DNA of 20,000 nucleotides, from NCBI GenBank assembly GCA_002256025.1, contig NKIB01012514.1:57220-77219 (forward strand), in the 5' to 3' direction. The position numbers and the translations under genes were made by a program. The notes under the pieces were generated by a model, which saw only the letters and a program-made list of their open reading frames with translations, made no database searches and was not told where the DNA came from. The stretch is from Asterionella formosa. Lineage: Eukaryota. Of the stretch, positions 8,953 through 20,000 are shown piece by piece (position 1 is the stretch's first letter; the number at the start of each line of letters is the position of its first letter).

Positions 8953-9979
8953 ATTAATCGGGCATGAGGAATGCCTGTTGTAAAATGTGTTACAAGAGCA
9001 GGTACAAGTACCAGTATAACCAGTATACCGGTTGCCAGCAGCCCCTAACCGGTCGTCAGCCAGCCATGTGACGTATTATTGGTACGTACACCATGCCGGT
9101 AGTTCGTCTCCCAGGTTTCTACCTTGAATTGAACGGACCTCCTCAAAAATACGGTGAGTTCACCAAGCAAGTTGCGGTAATTTTGCTGAAACTAAAGATT
9201 TAGCTATCTTTATCCTGGATCGAAATGTTAGTTCAAGCAAAATGACCGCAACTTGCAGGTATGTACTGTGCAAGGTACCTGGTACTCCAAAGACCAAGGT
9301 ACCTCGTACCACGGACATAACAGATTTGTACGCCAGGGGTACCTACGATTTATACCAGTAAGAAAAAATATGGTTCGTGGTATAATGGTCCCTGGTACCA
9401 GGTACTGGTACGATAGTGTATGTATATAATAATTACCCAAAGTAACTGGTACATGGGGTAACGAATCGTCACAACATTGCGTGGGGTCTTTCTGGTATTA
9501 CAAACAAGCAAACGGAATCATGCTGCACAAAATCATATGACGTTTGCACATCAATTGGTACTCCAGCGTGAATTCAAAAAGAGGTGTGTCATCAGTTGTT
9601 CCTTACCGGATTCTACATTCGATAGAGACTATGGTAAGTAAAAGCTACCAGGTACTCCCTCCATTCATGTATACCGTAGGTGCACCCAAACTTTGCGGCT
9701 TGGCTGATCATGAAGCTTAAGCTCCAATAATTCTCTGGCTAAAATTATTCTGATCTGAATGGTGTATATAATGTTCTAAGAAGTCTAGAATTAGCTAGGT
9801 GAACCCGACCTCGATTTTTCTGGGCGCATTTTTCGCAGAATCATGCCTGATTGGAATGTTTGCTCCGGACCCCCCCCCTGTTGTTCATTGACCCTTCGTT
9901 AGCCAACAGAGGTAAGAAGAAGGGTTTGACACCTGAACACCAATGATACATCATCAATTGCTCGCTTTTGCCCTACGGT

Positions 9980-10386
9980 TGTCAGGATTCAACAAGTAGG
10001 TTCTGGGTAATTATGAGCTTAATGATTAGTGTATCTATATTAGCTCCTAGTCCAAGGGGACTCACAAGGTTCTTGATGAGAAGGGTATGTACTAGGTGTC
10101 AAGAGTCCATGCTAGGTGTCATGTTTTAGCCTACTAGCATTGGTACGTCTATTCTAGAGATACATCTGTACCAAAAGTTATCACGTAACATATACCTGCG
10201 GGTACATAATTAATTCTAATTGGACTCTTTTTAAATTCAAAGTGAAGTATCTAACTAGAAGTAGTAGTATTTGTTGAATATATGAGCTTATTTGTTAATC
10301 CTTGCTTGTGTGTAACTCGTTCTCTATGTCGACACCAAAGTATACAATGAGGGTTAGTCGAGTTCTCTCATTATTGAGTTCTGATA
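9980..10386. mobile_element. Possible degenerate solo LTR or short TIR element (~407 bp)
   Basis: Ends TGTCAGGATTCAA and TTGAGTTCTGATA form a 10/13 inverted match with only transition mismatches. The interior is AT-rich and CpG-poor. No TSD seen. Confidence 0.3.
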
Positions 10387-10760
10387 CATATATGATATAA
10401 CCCTAACCTATATACATCTGTATTGATGCGCAAGATCGCTCACATGCCCCTTGGTGCTACCATAGTCACCAGCATCTACATGCAAGTGCAAAACTTGCCC
10501 TTTCGGCAATTTAGGGATGACGGTTTATGAGTTAGTACCGGTAGGAAAATGCTTCCTGATGGTTACATTATTGTTTATTTGATTTCATGCATGATTAGAC
10601 AGAATTATTGTAAATCAAGAAAATTATATGGTGTTATATGTAACAATCCCTGCGTGCTTACAACCACAATGTTGCCCCTGTACAGATATTTTCGATGTGA
10701 CTTCCAATGCTACTGTTGTACTCAGTTGAAACAATCAACTGAAATACTTTATCATAGTCA

Positions 10761-12068
10761 TTATTTCAACATTTCTTGCTGCTCACAGATGACTTCATTC
10801 TGGATTTCCAAACAATGATCTACTTCATTAAGAATGTCGATCATTTGGCTCCTGATGTGAAGTGTTGTGGCATGTGTATCTGTCATATCAACATTAAGAG
10901 AGAGGAGGCCATCATCACCATGGTCCTGGAGGTCCTCGGCACTTTGGAGGTCTTCCAAGAAATCAGAGAACAGCTTTTCGAAGTCTTCTCCCGAGCTTGA
11001 AAGATCCTGGATGGAGCCCTCCACTATGTTGACCAGTGGAATAGGAGATGCAAGTACAGAGGACGAGCAGTCAAGCATGTCATGGGGTGAATTGACCATA
11101 ACAGGTGTTGAAGCATCAGGAGTGACATGAAAAAATGCAGCAGAGTCGAGTGACCTTTGTAGAGTCTCCTTAATAGGCAATGGAGTTGACTCATAGTGAT
11201 GCTGAGTGGTCCGAAGTCCAAAATTTCCTCCAGAATTGCCTTGACTACTACCGGTAGTCGTCAACATTTTTTGGCACTGACTAGGGTTGCAGCTCCCAGA
11301 TTGCACCACCAGCGATTTGTCAGTGGTTGCCGGTGGCGACATGACCTGAGCATGAAGCTTCATGGAGGATGACTGACTTGTTGACCTCTTCTGCATAAAA
11401 TGAGGTTCAGTCCCACCTGATGATGTGTTCGCCATTCCATCGGTATTTCTGTCAGAGATGAAACAGTTTGTCACATCGGTGAGAGCTCTAGGGTTGGCAG
11501 GAATTGAAATTGATCGGCGACTCCCAAACAATTTTAACCCCAATAGAGATACTTCGCCGCAAATCTTAGGACTAAAAGTGCTTTGTTTTGATACATTCGA
11601 GGTCGGAGGTGTATTGGTAGTACTCGTTTCAGCGTTTCCAGGGGGCGGAACAGTACCTTGATCAGAAGTGCTTTGTTGTTCTGGATTTGTATTTTTTGCA
11701 GCTCTTTGGTTCGTTCTGGTTTCGACATATTCATTTGTGGCTATCAGATCAGTCTCTTCCTCGTCAGCCCTCATTAGAGCGTCGTCGACTGGATCATTGT
11801 CAAAGTTGCCGCCACCGTAATCGTTGAAATTCTCTCGTTCAAAAGCGCCAACAAACGGGTCTTCAAAGTTGTTTTCATCAAAGTCACTTGACGCGCTGAA
11901 TTCACTAGAGGAAAGGGGATGGCTTCCTGTCACATTGCAGGATGCAAAGGTGCTGGCTGAAGACGGCCTATCTGCTTCCATGAGAGCTGGCGGCACTGCG
12001 TTACCCGCGGAAGCACTGATAGTTGTGCGCGAAGCAAAGCGACCGATTCCTCCTGCGATAGTCATCAT
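10761..12068 (-). CDS. Hypothetical protein (435 aa), S/T/D-rich disordered with acidic helical C-terminus
   Basis: Long ORF with coding-like GC content and no recognised domain. A pyrimidine tract + AG (TTTTTTATAG, AG at 12076-12075) just upstream suggests an extra 5' exon may lie in or near the gap. Confidence 0.75.
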   Translation of the reverse strand: MMTIAGGIGRFASRTTISASAGNAVPPALMEADRPSSASTFASCNVTGSHPLSSSEFSASSDFDENNFEDPFVGAFERENFNDYGGGNFDNDPVDDALMRADEEETDLIATNEYVETRTNQRAAKNTNPEQQSTSDQGTVPPPGNAETSTTNTPPTSNVSKQSTFSPKICGEVSLLGLKLFGSRRSISIPANPRALTDVTNCFISDRNTDGMANTSSGGTEPHFMQKRSTSQSSSMKLHAQVMSPPATTDKSLVVQSGSCNPSQCQKMLTTTGSSQGNSGGNFGLRTTQHHYESTPLPIKETLQRSLDSAAFFHVTPDASTPVMVNSPHDMLDCSSSVLASPIPLVNIVEGSIQDLSSSGEDFEKLFSDFLEDLQSAEDLQDHGDDGLLSLNVDMTDTHATTLHIRSQMIDILNEVDHCLEIQNEVICEQQEMLK

Positions 12069-12161
12069 GTCGCGCTATAAAAAATGTCTGGGGCGGTCCA
12101 GTGGTAGTACTATAAGCGATTCAAATCAGACTTTGATTTTAGCAACGAAACTGATTATAAC

Positions 12162-12906
12162 NNNNNNNNNNNNNNNNNNNNNNNNNNNNNNNNNNNNNNN
12201 NNNNNNNNNNNNNNNNNNNNNNNNNNNNNNNNNNNNNNNNNNNNNNNNNNNNNNNNNNNNNNNNNNNNNNNNNNNNNNNNNNNNNNNNNNNNNNNNNNNN
12301 NNNNNNNNNNNNNNNNNNNNNNNNNNNNNNNNNNNNNNNNNNNNNNNNNNNNNNNNNNNNNNNNNNNNNNNNNNNNNNNNNNNNNNNNNNNNNNNNNNNN
12401 NNNNNNNNNNNNNNNNNNNNNNNNNNNNNNNNNNNNNNNNNNNNNNNNNNNNNNNNNNNNNNNNNNNNNNNNNNNNNNNNNNNNNNNNNNNNNNNNNNNN
12501 NNNNNNNNNNNNNNNNNNNNNNNNNNNNNNNNNNNNNNNNNNNNNNNNNNNNNNNNNNNNNNNNNNNNNNNNNNNNNNNNNNNNNNNNNNNNNNNNNNNN
12601 NNNNNNNNNNNNNNNNNNNNNNNNNNNNNNNNNNNNNNNNNNNNNNNNNNNNNNNNNNNNNNNNNNNNNNNNNNNNNNNNNNNNNNNNNNNNNNNNNNNN
12701 NNNNNNNNNNNNNNNNNNNNNNNNNNNNNNNNNNNNNNNNNNNNNNNNNNNNNNNNNNNNNNNNNNNNNNNNNNNNNNNNNNNNNNNNNNNNNNNNNNNN
12801 NNNNNNNNNNNNNNNNNNNNNNNNNNNNNNNNNNNNNNNNNNNNNNNNNNNNNNNNNNNNNNNNNNNNNNNNNNNNNNNNNNNNNNNNNNNNNNNNNNNN
12901 NNNNNN
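12162..12906. other. Assembly gap (N run)
   Basis: Run of N. Confidence 1.
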
Positions 12907-12907
12907 G

Positions 12908-13838
12908 ATTGTTCAAATACCTTGCCTGAACGATAACTATGGGTATCTGATCCACGACGACGCAACTGGTCAGACTGCTGCTATTGACACCCCCGACGCG
13001 ACTGCGTACAAACAGGAGCTGGACAAGAGAGGATGGAAATTGTCGCATATCTTTAACACGCATCAGTGAGTTCTCAGTGCGATTCGGTGATAAATGAAAA
13101 GTTATGCTGTTCCCGCTGATGGAAACCTGCTCACAAAAGAATGCTTCCTATTTTCAGCCACTGGGACCACACAGGAGGAAACCTTGAGCTCAAGACTGAA
13201 GGTGTCGAGATCTTCGGACCTGTCAATGAATGTGCCAAGATACCAGGAATTGATACAGCCATTGCATCAGGTTCAGTGGTGGAGTTTGGTGGACAAACCG
13301 CTACGATAATGGATGTTGGGGGTCACACACTAGGACACATTGCCTACCACTTTCCGCAACAATCGGCCGTCTTTGTTGGGGATTCGTTGTTTGCTTTGGG
13401 ATGTGGAAAGATGTTTGAAGGCACTCCTTCACAATTCTGGAACAGCCTGAAGAGTCTTCGAGAACTTCCTGACGAAACATCTGTGTATTGGTGCGTTTGA
13501 TGCTTTTTGTATTTATGTTTGCTTCGATTTGTCCTCACCTATTTACCGTACCATGTTACCATAGCGCACATGAATACACCGCCAGTAATGCCAAGTTTGC
13601 TGTTTCGGTTGAACCGGGTAACCAGGAATTATTGAAACGGGTCAAGGAAATAACTTTGAAGAGATCACGAGGAGAGCCTACTGTTCCAAGTACGATGGGC
13701 GATGAAAAGAAGACCAATCCATTCCTCCGAATTGATTTCAGTGATGAATTGAGAAAGAACGTAGGAGTTACTGTAGTTGATAGCGACGCAGATGCTTTTG
13801 GCAAAGTTCGGAAGGCTAAGGACAACTTCCGCGGATAG
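12908..13838 (+). CDS. GLO2: Hydroxyacylglutathione hydrolase (glyoxalase II), 5'-truncated by gap; exons <12908-13065, 13158-13490, 13565-13838
   Basis: IVQIPCLNDNYGYLIHD. The spliced metallo-beta-lactamase motif is THHHWDH, followed by GHTLGH, FVGDSLFALGCG, spliced VYCAHEYT, EKKTNPFLR and RKAKDNF. GT-AG introns at 13066-13157 and 13491-13564 restore the motifs. Confidence 0.96.
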
Positions 13839-14199
13839 GCGCACCCACGAGTGCGATGTTTTGTGTTCAGTCCCTTTTTAATCAAGTTTAGATTTATTCA
13901 TTCATTCTGCCATCAACTCAATAGGGCTAGTATTGGATATACCGGTACTTACAATGCAAAATAGGTCAGTGCCGCCTATGGCTTGTTTCAAATGCTGACA
14001 TAGCCGTGGTACGTGTGAAGAATCTACTTGCCAAGAATGGTGAAGTATACGTAAGATTTTCAATGTGCAAGAAGCATTTGCTATAGTGGAAAGAGCGATG
14101 ATTTAGAGAGTCCTTAATTGGGAACATTCAATCTGGTGGACCCTGCCTTTGTTTGACGAGAACCTGAAACGCGATCTAAAGCATAATGCCACAACTCAA

Positions 14200-14946
14200 C
14201 TAGTCAAAGAAACCACCTGGTCCAGACGAAGATTCCGATCCATAGCCATATCCAGAACCGAAGCCCTCATCGTCGTCCTTGCTGTCGTAGTTATCACCGT
14301 TGTTTTGATACAACGAAGCACCGCCTCGTGGACCAGATTTTCGTAGCTCCGATTCTGCTCGAGTCTCCAAAATATCCAAGTCCTTGACAATAACCTTCAC
14401 CCTCTGCCGGCTTTCTCCTGTCAGCTTGTCCTCCCAAAAGTCAACTTGCAGAGTTCCAGTGACTCCAACCCGACAACCCTTCGTCACATACTTTGCAGCA
14501 TATTCGGCGTCACGGCCCCAGATTTCCAAACCAAACCAGTCTGTTTCTTCGTCACCAGATTTAATATTTAACTCCCTTCGTTCGTATCCATCGTATTTAC
14601 GTTTAACAGCGAGCGAAAGATTCAAGACAACCTTGCCATCGTCAAAGTAACGCGGATCCGGGTCGTTACCGATTCGACCAGTTAAGGTGATCCGATTGAA
14701 TTGAGGAATGCTTGGATCCCATTCTCCGGCGGCAGCTTCCAGCGCTTCATCCGACAACACTTCTCCGCTTTCACTTTCCTCCGGAAAACCTTCAATTTCA
14801 TCAAAGAAGTTACCAGCAAAAAGTCGTGGAGGAGTTCTACCGCACTCAATAGCAAAATGTGATAGCTTTATTGGTAAAAATGCATTTATTGCACTTGCAA
14901 AAAAGCATGTAATATATAATATCCTCGCTAATAGGGAGCTCTCCAT
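14200..14946 (-). CDS. ssb: Bacterial-type single-stranded DNA-binding protein, probably plastid-targeted (248 aa)
   Basis: OB-fold: NRITLTGRIGNDP, LSLAV, ETDWFGLEIWGRDAE...YVTKGCRVGVTGTL, W.DK.TGE.R. Gly/acidic tail. N-terminal signal peptide ending ASAINA|FLP. Confidence 0.93.
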   Translation of the reverse strand: MESSLLARILYITCFFASAINAFLPIKLSHFAIECGRTPPRLFAGNFFDEIEGFPEESESGEVLSDEALEAAAGEWDPSIPQFNRITLTGRIGNDPDPRYFDDGKVVLNLSLAVKRKYDGYERRELNIKSGDEETDWFGLEIWGRDAEYAAKYVTKGCRVGVTGTLQVDFWEDKLTGESRQRVKVIVKDLDILETRAESELRKSGPRGGASLYQNNGDNYDSKDDDEGFGSGYGYGSESSSGPGGFFD

Positions 14947-15580
14947 AGCTGTTGATCAAGGGAGGAAAGACACTTGCAATCTTGCCTACTTATCCGAACT
15001 CAGGCAACGTCGCTGACTTTGAAGTGGTATTTGTTCACTTCCTTCTTGGGACGATATGTGTGGAGTGATCATAGCCTAAACGTCATACTGTACACTCGGT
15101 ACTCCGAGTACACCGGTCACATTATTTACGAACATACATCGGTACCGGTAGTTCATATTTCTATTACCTGTACATAAAACATAAATATGAATGATATCGT
15201 TATTTATTTTAATATGTACCTGTACAGACAGGCCTATGTACAGCAGGTGCGTTCTATCATATGAAGAAGGAGAAAACCTACATTCCATTCGTTCTTTGGC
15301 TTTCGTCGTACATGTCGCCTAAAAGCGAAGAAGCAAAAAATCATCAAACGATTACATCAAACCTACTTGTACAGTGATCCCCCTTGCGCTATAATCGTTC
15401 CACTTTGCTCGGTCATTCTTTTCGCCCTGGAAAGCTCACTATTTCACTTTTTTGAGCTGGCAGAACGGGATATATCCTTGATCAATCCTCCCTTACACCT
15501 TCTCAAGGCTTTAAACATTGCTGTTTCCAAGTTGTTCTTCTCGTATTCACAAAAGATTTAACTACCGACCCAATTTTCGG

Positions 15581-17152
15581 ATGACTCATGCCGCTGGTTC
15601 ATCTACTGTGAAGATCCAAGGTGAAGAATCTGTGAACAATGCAAGTTGTCGCCTGAGCCCCGCAAAAATTTGTAATACTTCTATTACAGAAGCCGAAAAA
15701 TCCTTTCCATCACGAGACTGTGAATCTATTGCTTCTGAATTTACCGGTAGTCACGCGAGGGCACAGCTACTTGATTCCGGTAAAGTTGATCAAGCAAGTA
15801 AACAAGTCTGTCGATTACCTTCGTTCGAGTCAGAAATCGTTGTCATTGCCGAAGCAACAACCCTAGTAGGATCAAGTCCCACTCGGCGTTTTGGCTCGGG
15901 AGGTAGGTGTAACCCGGATCCATTTCCCGAAGGAAATATTCTCCGCTCGCAACGCGACCGCGGTGGTGGTTCAACGACAGCAGCAGCCGAAACTGCTATT
16001 TCGCTGCCCACGGTTATTCTGACCCCTCCTCCATCGCGTCATTTTGATCATTTGACCAAGACACCGGGAGTTGTGGAACCCGCTATCATTGTCAGACCTC
16101 AACCAGTGAAGACACAAACTCCTGAGCTCGCAAATATCATCCAGCCTTGGGCGTCAGGAAATTCGGTCACTCAGCAAACTGCTACGTGTGAGAATCGAGG
16201 GCGAAATTCTCAAGCTGCTTGTTCTGAACAGTGTATGGTCCCTCCCACAAGTAGAATGCCTCTTCACTCAGCAGAGGTACCACAGCAACAGATCCCATCT
16301 CAGCATGGATACACTGCTGGAGTCAATAGCGCTGGCAACTATCATCAGCGGCCTAGCCATCAAGTACGGATTCAGCATCAGCCGAGGCAGTCAAACTTGA
16401 GCTCCCCTGTAGCAAGCCAGTCATCGTCTATAAGTAAACAGCGAGGCACTGGGCAGCCTCGTGGTGTTGGTAGTATAAGTCAAGGTTCCGAAGGTTCCAT
16501 TCAAGGGCCGCATCCAACACCGCTTTTTCAGCGACTAGTATCCGAAGAGGTACAGGAGCTAAAATCGTACGCGCGCATTATCGAATCTCAAAATAGGAGA
16601 CTTGCTGAGTTAGAACGTGTTCATGGAGATTTAGAAGCGAGGCTCGAGATCCAAAGTACGAGCAGAATGGAAATAGAACGAACTTTAGAGGATCGAGAAC
16701 AGAGATGGGCCGAACAGATAGCGGAGCTCGAGAAAGATAGGGAGCACTGGAAATCAGTTGTTGAAGCTGAGCGAACAAAAAATGCGCGTTTGATGGATCG
16801 AGTCGTTCGAAAAGATCAAGATATTCATCGTATGCTTCAACGGAAGGTAAGTCTGATATATCCTGCCTCCAGCATGCCAAGTTAAAATATGTATGCTAAT
16901 CTATCGCGATCATTTCTGTAGTATGACAACAAACGAGATAATCATAGCAACTCGATCCGCAATGCGCGACAGCTGGGTAGTGCCAGTGACAGAGTGGGAA
17001 CTTCGACGGTTATTGCAAAGTCTTCTGCTATTCAGGGAGACCAAAGAATACAACACAAAAGTCCACATGAGATCCTTCAGGCTAGTGGTTCGGCCGAGGC
17101 TGTGCGCGAACGGAACTTGTGTAACGCTCTTCTTGACTTTTTTGGTATGTGA
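15581..17152 (+). CDS. Hypothetical coiled-coil protein (~498 aa); exons 15581-16846, 16922-17152
   Basis: Disordered N-terminus, then a heptad-rich region (EEVQELKSYARIIESQNRRLAELERVHGDLEARLE...). Intron 16847-16921 has a GTAAGT donor, GCTAAT branch point and TAG acceptor. Exon 2 is open to ...NALLDFFGM*. Confidence 0.85.
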
Positions 17153-17804
17153 GTTTCCTGTAATTGGAGCTCATCCATAAGTATGGCATTGAGCCGTCTG
17201 ATGTTCTAAACATTGCACGCTAGTTTAGATATTTCAAGGAATTCTAAAGTTACCTGAGGCACAACACCAGTATCCCAACGAGTTGGTCAATTACTAAGGA
17301 GTAAAGTTATTGACACAAGTGGAGATTCCATATGCCCTATACATCACAAGCTCAAGGGCATGTAGTACTAGACAGGCTGTTGAGTTAGCAATGTCGAAAA
17401 TAGGCTACCTTGTAAGCAGTCAAATATCGACTGCGAGTCGCTCTGACCATCTTCGTCTGAAATTTTTAGTAAGAAAACAAAGAAGGAATACCCGTACACG
17501 TTGAAACCAATATACTCTTTAATTAATCCTTGCAGGAGTCAGTGGGGATCTGGAGATTTCTCGATGATCTATCAGCCTTGGCGGGTTCCATAGGTCGTGG
17601 TGATTTGAATCGAATACAGTTTCGGTTTTTGTTTCCATTGAACCCAAAGCTTTGACATCGCTTGTGGATAAGGCCATAGTCTAAATCACGTGCTATTTCC
17701 TATCCTCTGACGATATGGCACCTTCATGTTGCATTATGTATATGATCTCCAACCAAAAAGTTCTTTTTGCAAAATCTGATATTTTGCAACTGTCTGCAGC
17801 TATT

Positions 17805-18910
17805 TTACTGAGGCATACCATTATTCCCGTTCCCTCTCCATTGATGCAAAGTCACATCTGGACCGGTAGCTTGCATTCCATACGACGGAAGCGCACTGAC
17901 CATTGCAACCTGACCAGACGATTGTCCCACCACAGCAGCTTGCGCTTCTGCCTGCAATCGAGCCTGATGCATCTGCATAGCATATGCATCTTGCATATGT
18001 TCGTGCATTTGCTGAATGTGAAGCATGCGTGCCTCAGCTTCTGCCATTGCGGATGAATCAGAGTTTCCCATGGCTTGCGGTACAGGTGCGGCTTGCGCAG
18101 GAACATTTATGTTCGAAGGAAATCCCTTTTGTTGTGGCAACTGGCTGGTCGTTACACGAGGCACAATATCAATCAGAAAGTCGAAGACTTCACTCTCGCC
18201 CACAGCGGCGTGAATGTCTTGGCGTTGTAAAGTTCGCCGGCGATTTCGTTCAGTGTGTCGCCAAGCTCGAACTGTCAGCTCCTTAATCAAAAGCTCGCAT
18301 GCTTTTCCAAGGAGCACAGGAGCTTCTCCAGCAATCATGAAGCGAGTACCGGTAGGCTGTCCCATTGGAAGCAGAGCACCTCCATTGTTGGCGGCCTGCT
18401 GTTGGCGGTCACGTTCTATTTCTTGTACGACACCTTCCTCAGACTTCATTATTTTCTTGATCCTCGCCAAAGGGAGCGACTGAGCTTTCCAATTCTCGGC
18501 GACTAAGAATTACAATAAAATGGAAAAGTTAGTAGCCATCGAAGTAAAAATTGGCATGTGCTCTTATCATTTACACAGTTTCAACATTCAATTGGATTAG
18601 CATTTGAGACTCGTTGCAACTTGTTGCTGACCAAAAACCCGTACTTGAATTATCCAACAAACAATACAAATCTGTAAATTGATCGTGACATAGTAGCATA
18701 GAACAGTTGGTAACCAAGTCTGAAGCAGTCAATGAAGAAATCAATTTTCCAGGACAAGAACGTCGGCAATACTCAGGACGGTTTCACCTTCGTCATCGTA
18801 CCTGGATCAATTTCCCCGATCTGAGCAGTTGATAGCGTCCACATCTCGTTGATAGCTGTGTCCAAGTCGGAACCGCTGGATACATGTTCGCCATTGTCGT
18901 TTGTAGCCAT
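17805..18910 (-). CDS. NFYC: Nuclear transcription factor Y subunit C (HAP5/CBF-C-like histone fold), 268 aa; exons 18910-18802, 18502-17805
   Basis: [52 protein letters not shown]...[12 protein letters not shown]-rich tail. Intron 18801-18503 has a GTACGA donor, TACTAAC branch point and TAG acceptor, and joins IDP-V-AENWK in frame. Confidence 0.94.
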
Positions 18911-20000
18911 TGCTTCCAATATTACGTTCATAATGGAAAACAACGATGATCCATGTATTGTAGCTATGCTGGTACGTATACCGGTACCAGTAGTTAACTT
19001 ATTCTTACAACGTACTATACATGCCAGTACTGTACCAGGAGCACCAGTGAGGAGAAACAACTTGACAATTGCTGACGACATTCTTGAGCACTTTTTAGGC
19101 GGGAACCTGGTACTACCGTGGACCAAAACGAAAATCGTCAGTGTTTATTTTAGAAGCGATGCGAATAATGGGAGCAAAAAACCAACGCAACCTCATCACG
19201 TTTAGGGGCCTCATATCCCAATAAATTACCATGGCAGCACATTGCTTACGTTCATTATGTACTCCCTTTGTCCAATATTAGTTGCATCGATTCGCCGGCA
19301 CCACTATGTTGAAATATATGGCGCCTACTCGGGCGCGCTCCAGTTTTGCCCTGGTATGACCGGTCAAAGATCTTTCTCGCGCCGCTTTTTTTTGCGTATT
19401 ATTCTGCAATATAAATCCTGTCTATTACCGTTTAGACATTCCTCATGAGACTACCTAGTCTTCGGACACCTGTCGACATCAACAGCCTAACAGACACACT
19501 TTGACACCACTATTTTCTTTACTGTTTGCATCTGAAGGATTATGTAGCAAATATACCATCTGTCCACGTCAGGATCAGTGTACTCGAAAAAATGTGTATT
19601 TTATGAATTACATAGATGTGAACATACTCTCTGTTTTTGTAATGAAATTTAATCAGTATATAAATAAATTAATCGAAACCAATTTAACATAAGTATATTC
19701 TATCTCATACATGTACCTATTGCCAAAGGCTGTTTTACATTGGCCGGCCACCCAAAGATTTGCAGGAAACAAGCTACTATCATAATTATGACATGAATAG
19801 AATAATTGTCATTTGGTATACTTTCTACGGTTGTTGCACCTACATCGACCAAACTACTGGATATATAATGGTTGCAATCCTCAAAACGAGCATGCCCTTG
19901 TATTCTTCCTTTCCATCATCGCCACTTTCGGGGTTGCGGATTCCATAATTGAATGCAAGTTGCCATTGTTCTACTTTATATCGTACTTTGTACATATGTT

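Noticed and set aside
8398..8967. ORFs spanning the first N run
   Set aside because: Artefacts of translating through an assembly gap.
11824..13063. Long ORFs spanning the second N run
   Set aside because: Gap artefacts; the real parts are antisense or off-frame to neighbouring genes.
15518..15580. Upstream extension of the 455-aa ORF
   Set aside because: Begins at a non-ATG codon; the first ATG is at 15581, and the listed C-terminus is intron read-through.
7171..18506. Numerous short antisense or overlapping ORFs over the cyclin, GLO2, SSB and NF-YC genes
   Set aside because: Shadow ORFs of real coding sequence with no motifs.
18770..18801. Hammerhead-like string GATGACGAAGGTGAAAC at the NF-YC intron start (minus strand)
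   Set aside because: Lacks the CUGANGA core and the required stems.
18911..19126. N-terminal part of the 117-aa minus-strand ORF
   Set aside because: Non-ATG start and GTAC-rich UTR/promoter-like sequence. Only 18910-18802 is taken as NF-YC exon 1, although an in-frame ATG at 18931 is possible.

Overview
Eukaryotic genomic DNA, most likely from a diatom or related stramenopile. This is inferred from short GT-AG introns, a CoDi-like copia element, a diatom-type cyclin and a bipartite plastid-targeting signal. The left ~6 kb is AT-rich and transposon-derived. It starts with the decayed 3' half of a Ty1/copia retrotransposon (RT, RNase H, PPT, 3' LTR), apparently inserted into a DNA-transposase relic. 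That is followed by three diverged ~0.6 kb direct-repeat units, each with a CCAAT-like box, a short acidic ORF, a long covarying hairpin and a conserved 18-mer; this is the most unusual structure in the window. The rest is gene-dense: a cyclin (-), a low-complexity hypothetical protein (-), glyoxalase II (+, 2 introns, 5' end lost in a gap), a plastid-targeted bacterial-type SSB (-), a coiled-coil hypothetical protein (+, 1 intron) and NF-YC (-, 1 intron). Assembly gaps lie at 8448-8952 and 12162-12906. All homology calls come from motif recognition by eye; no database search was run.
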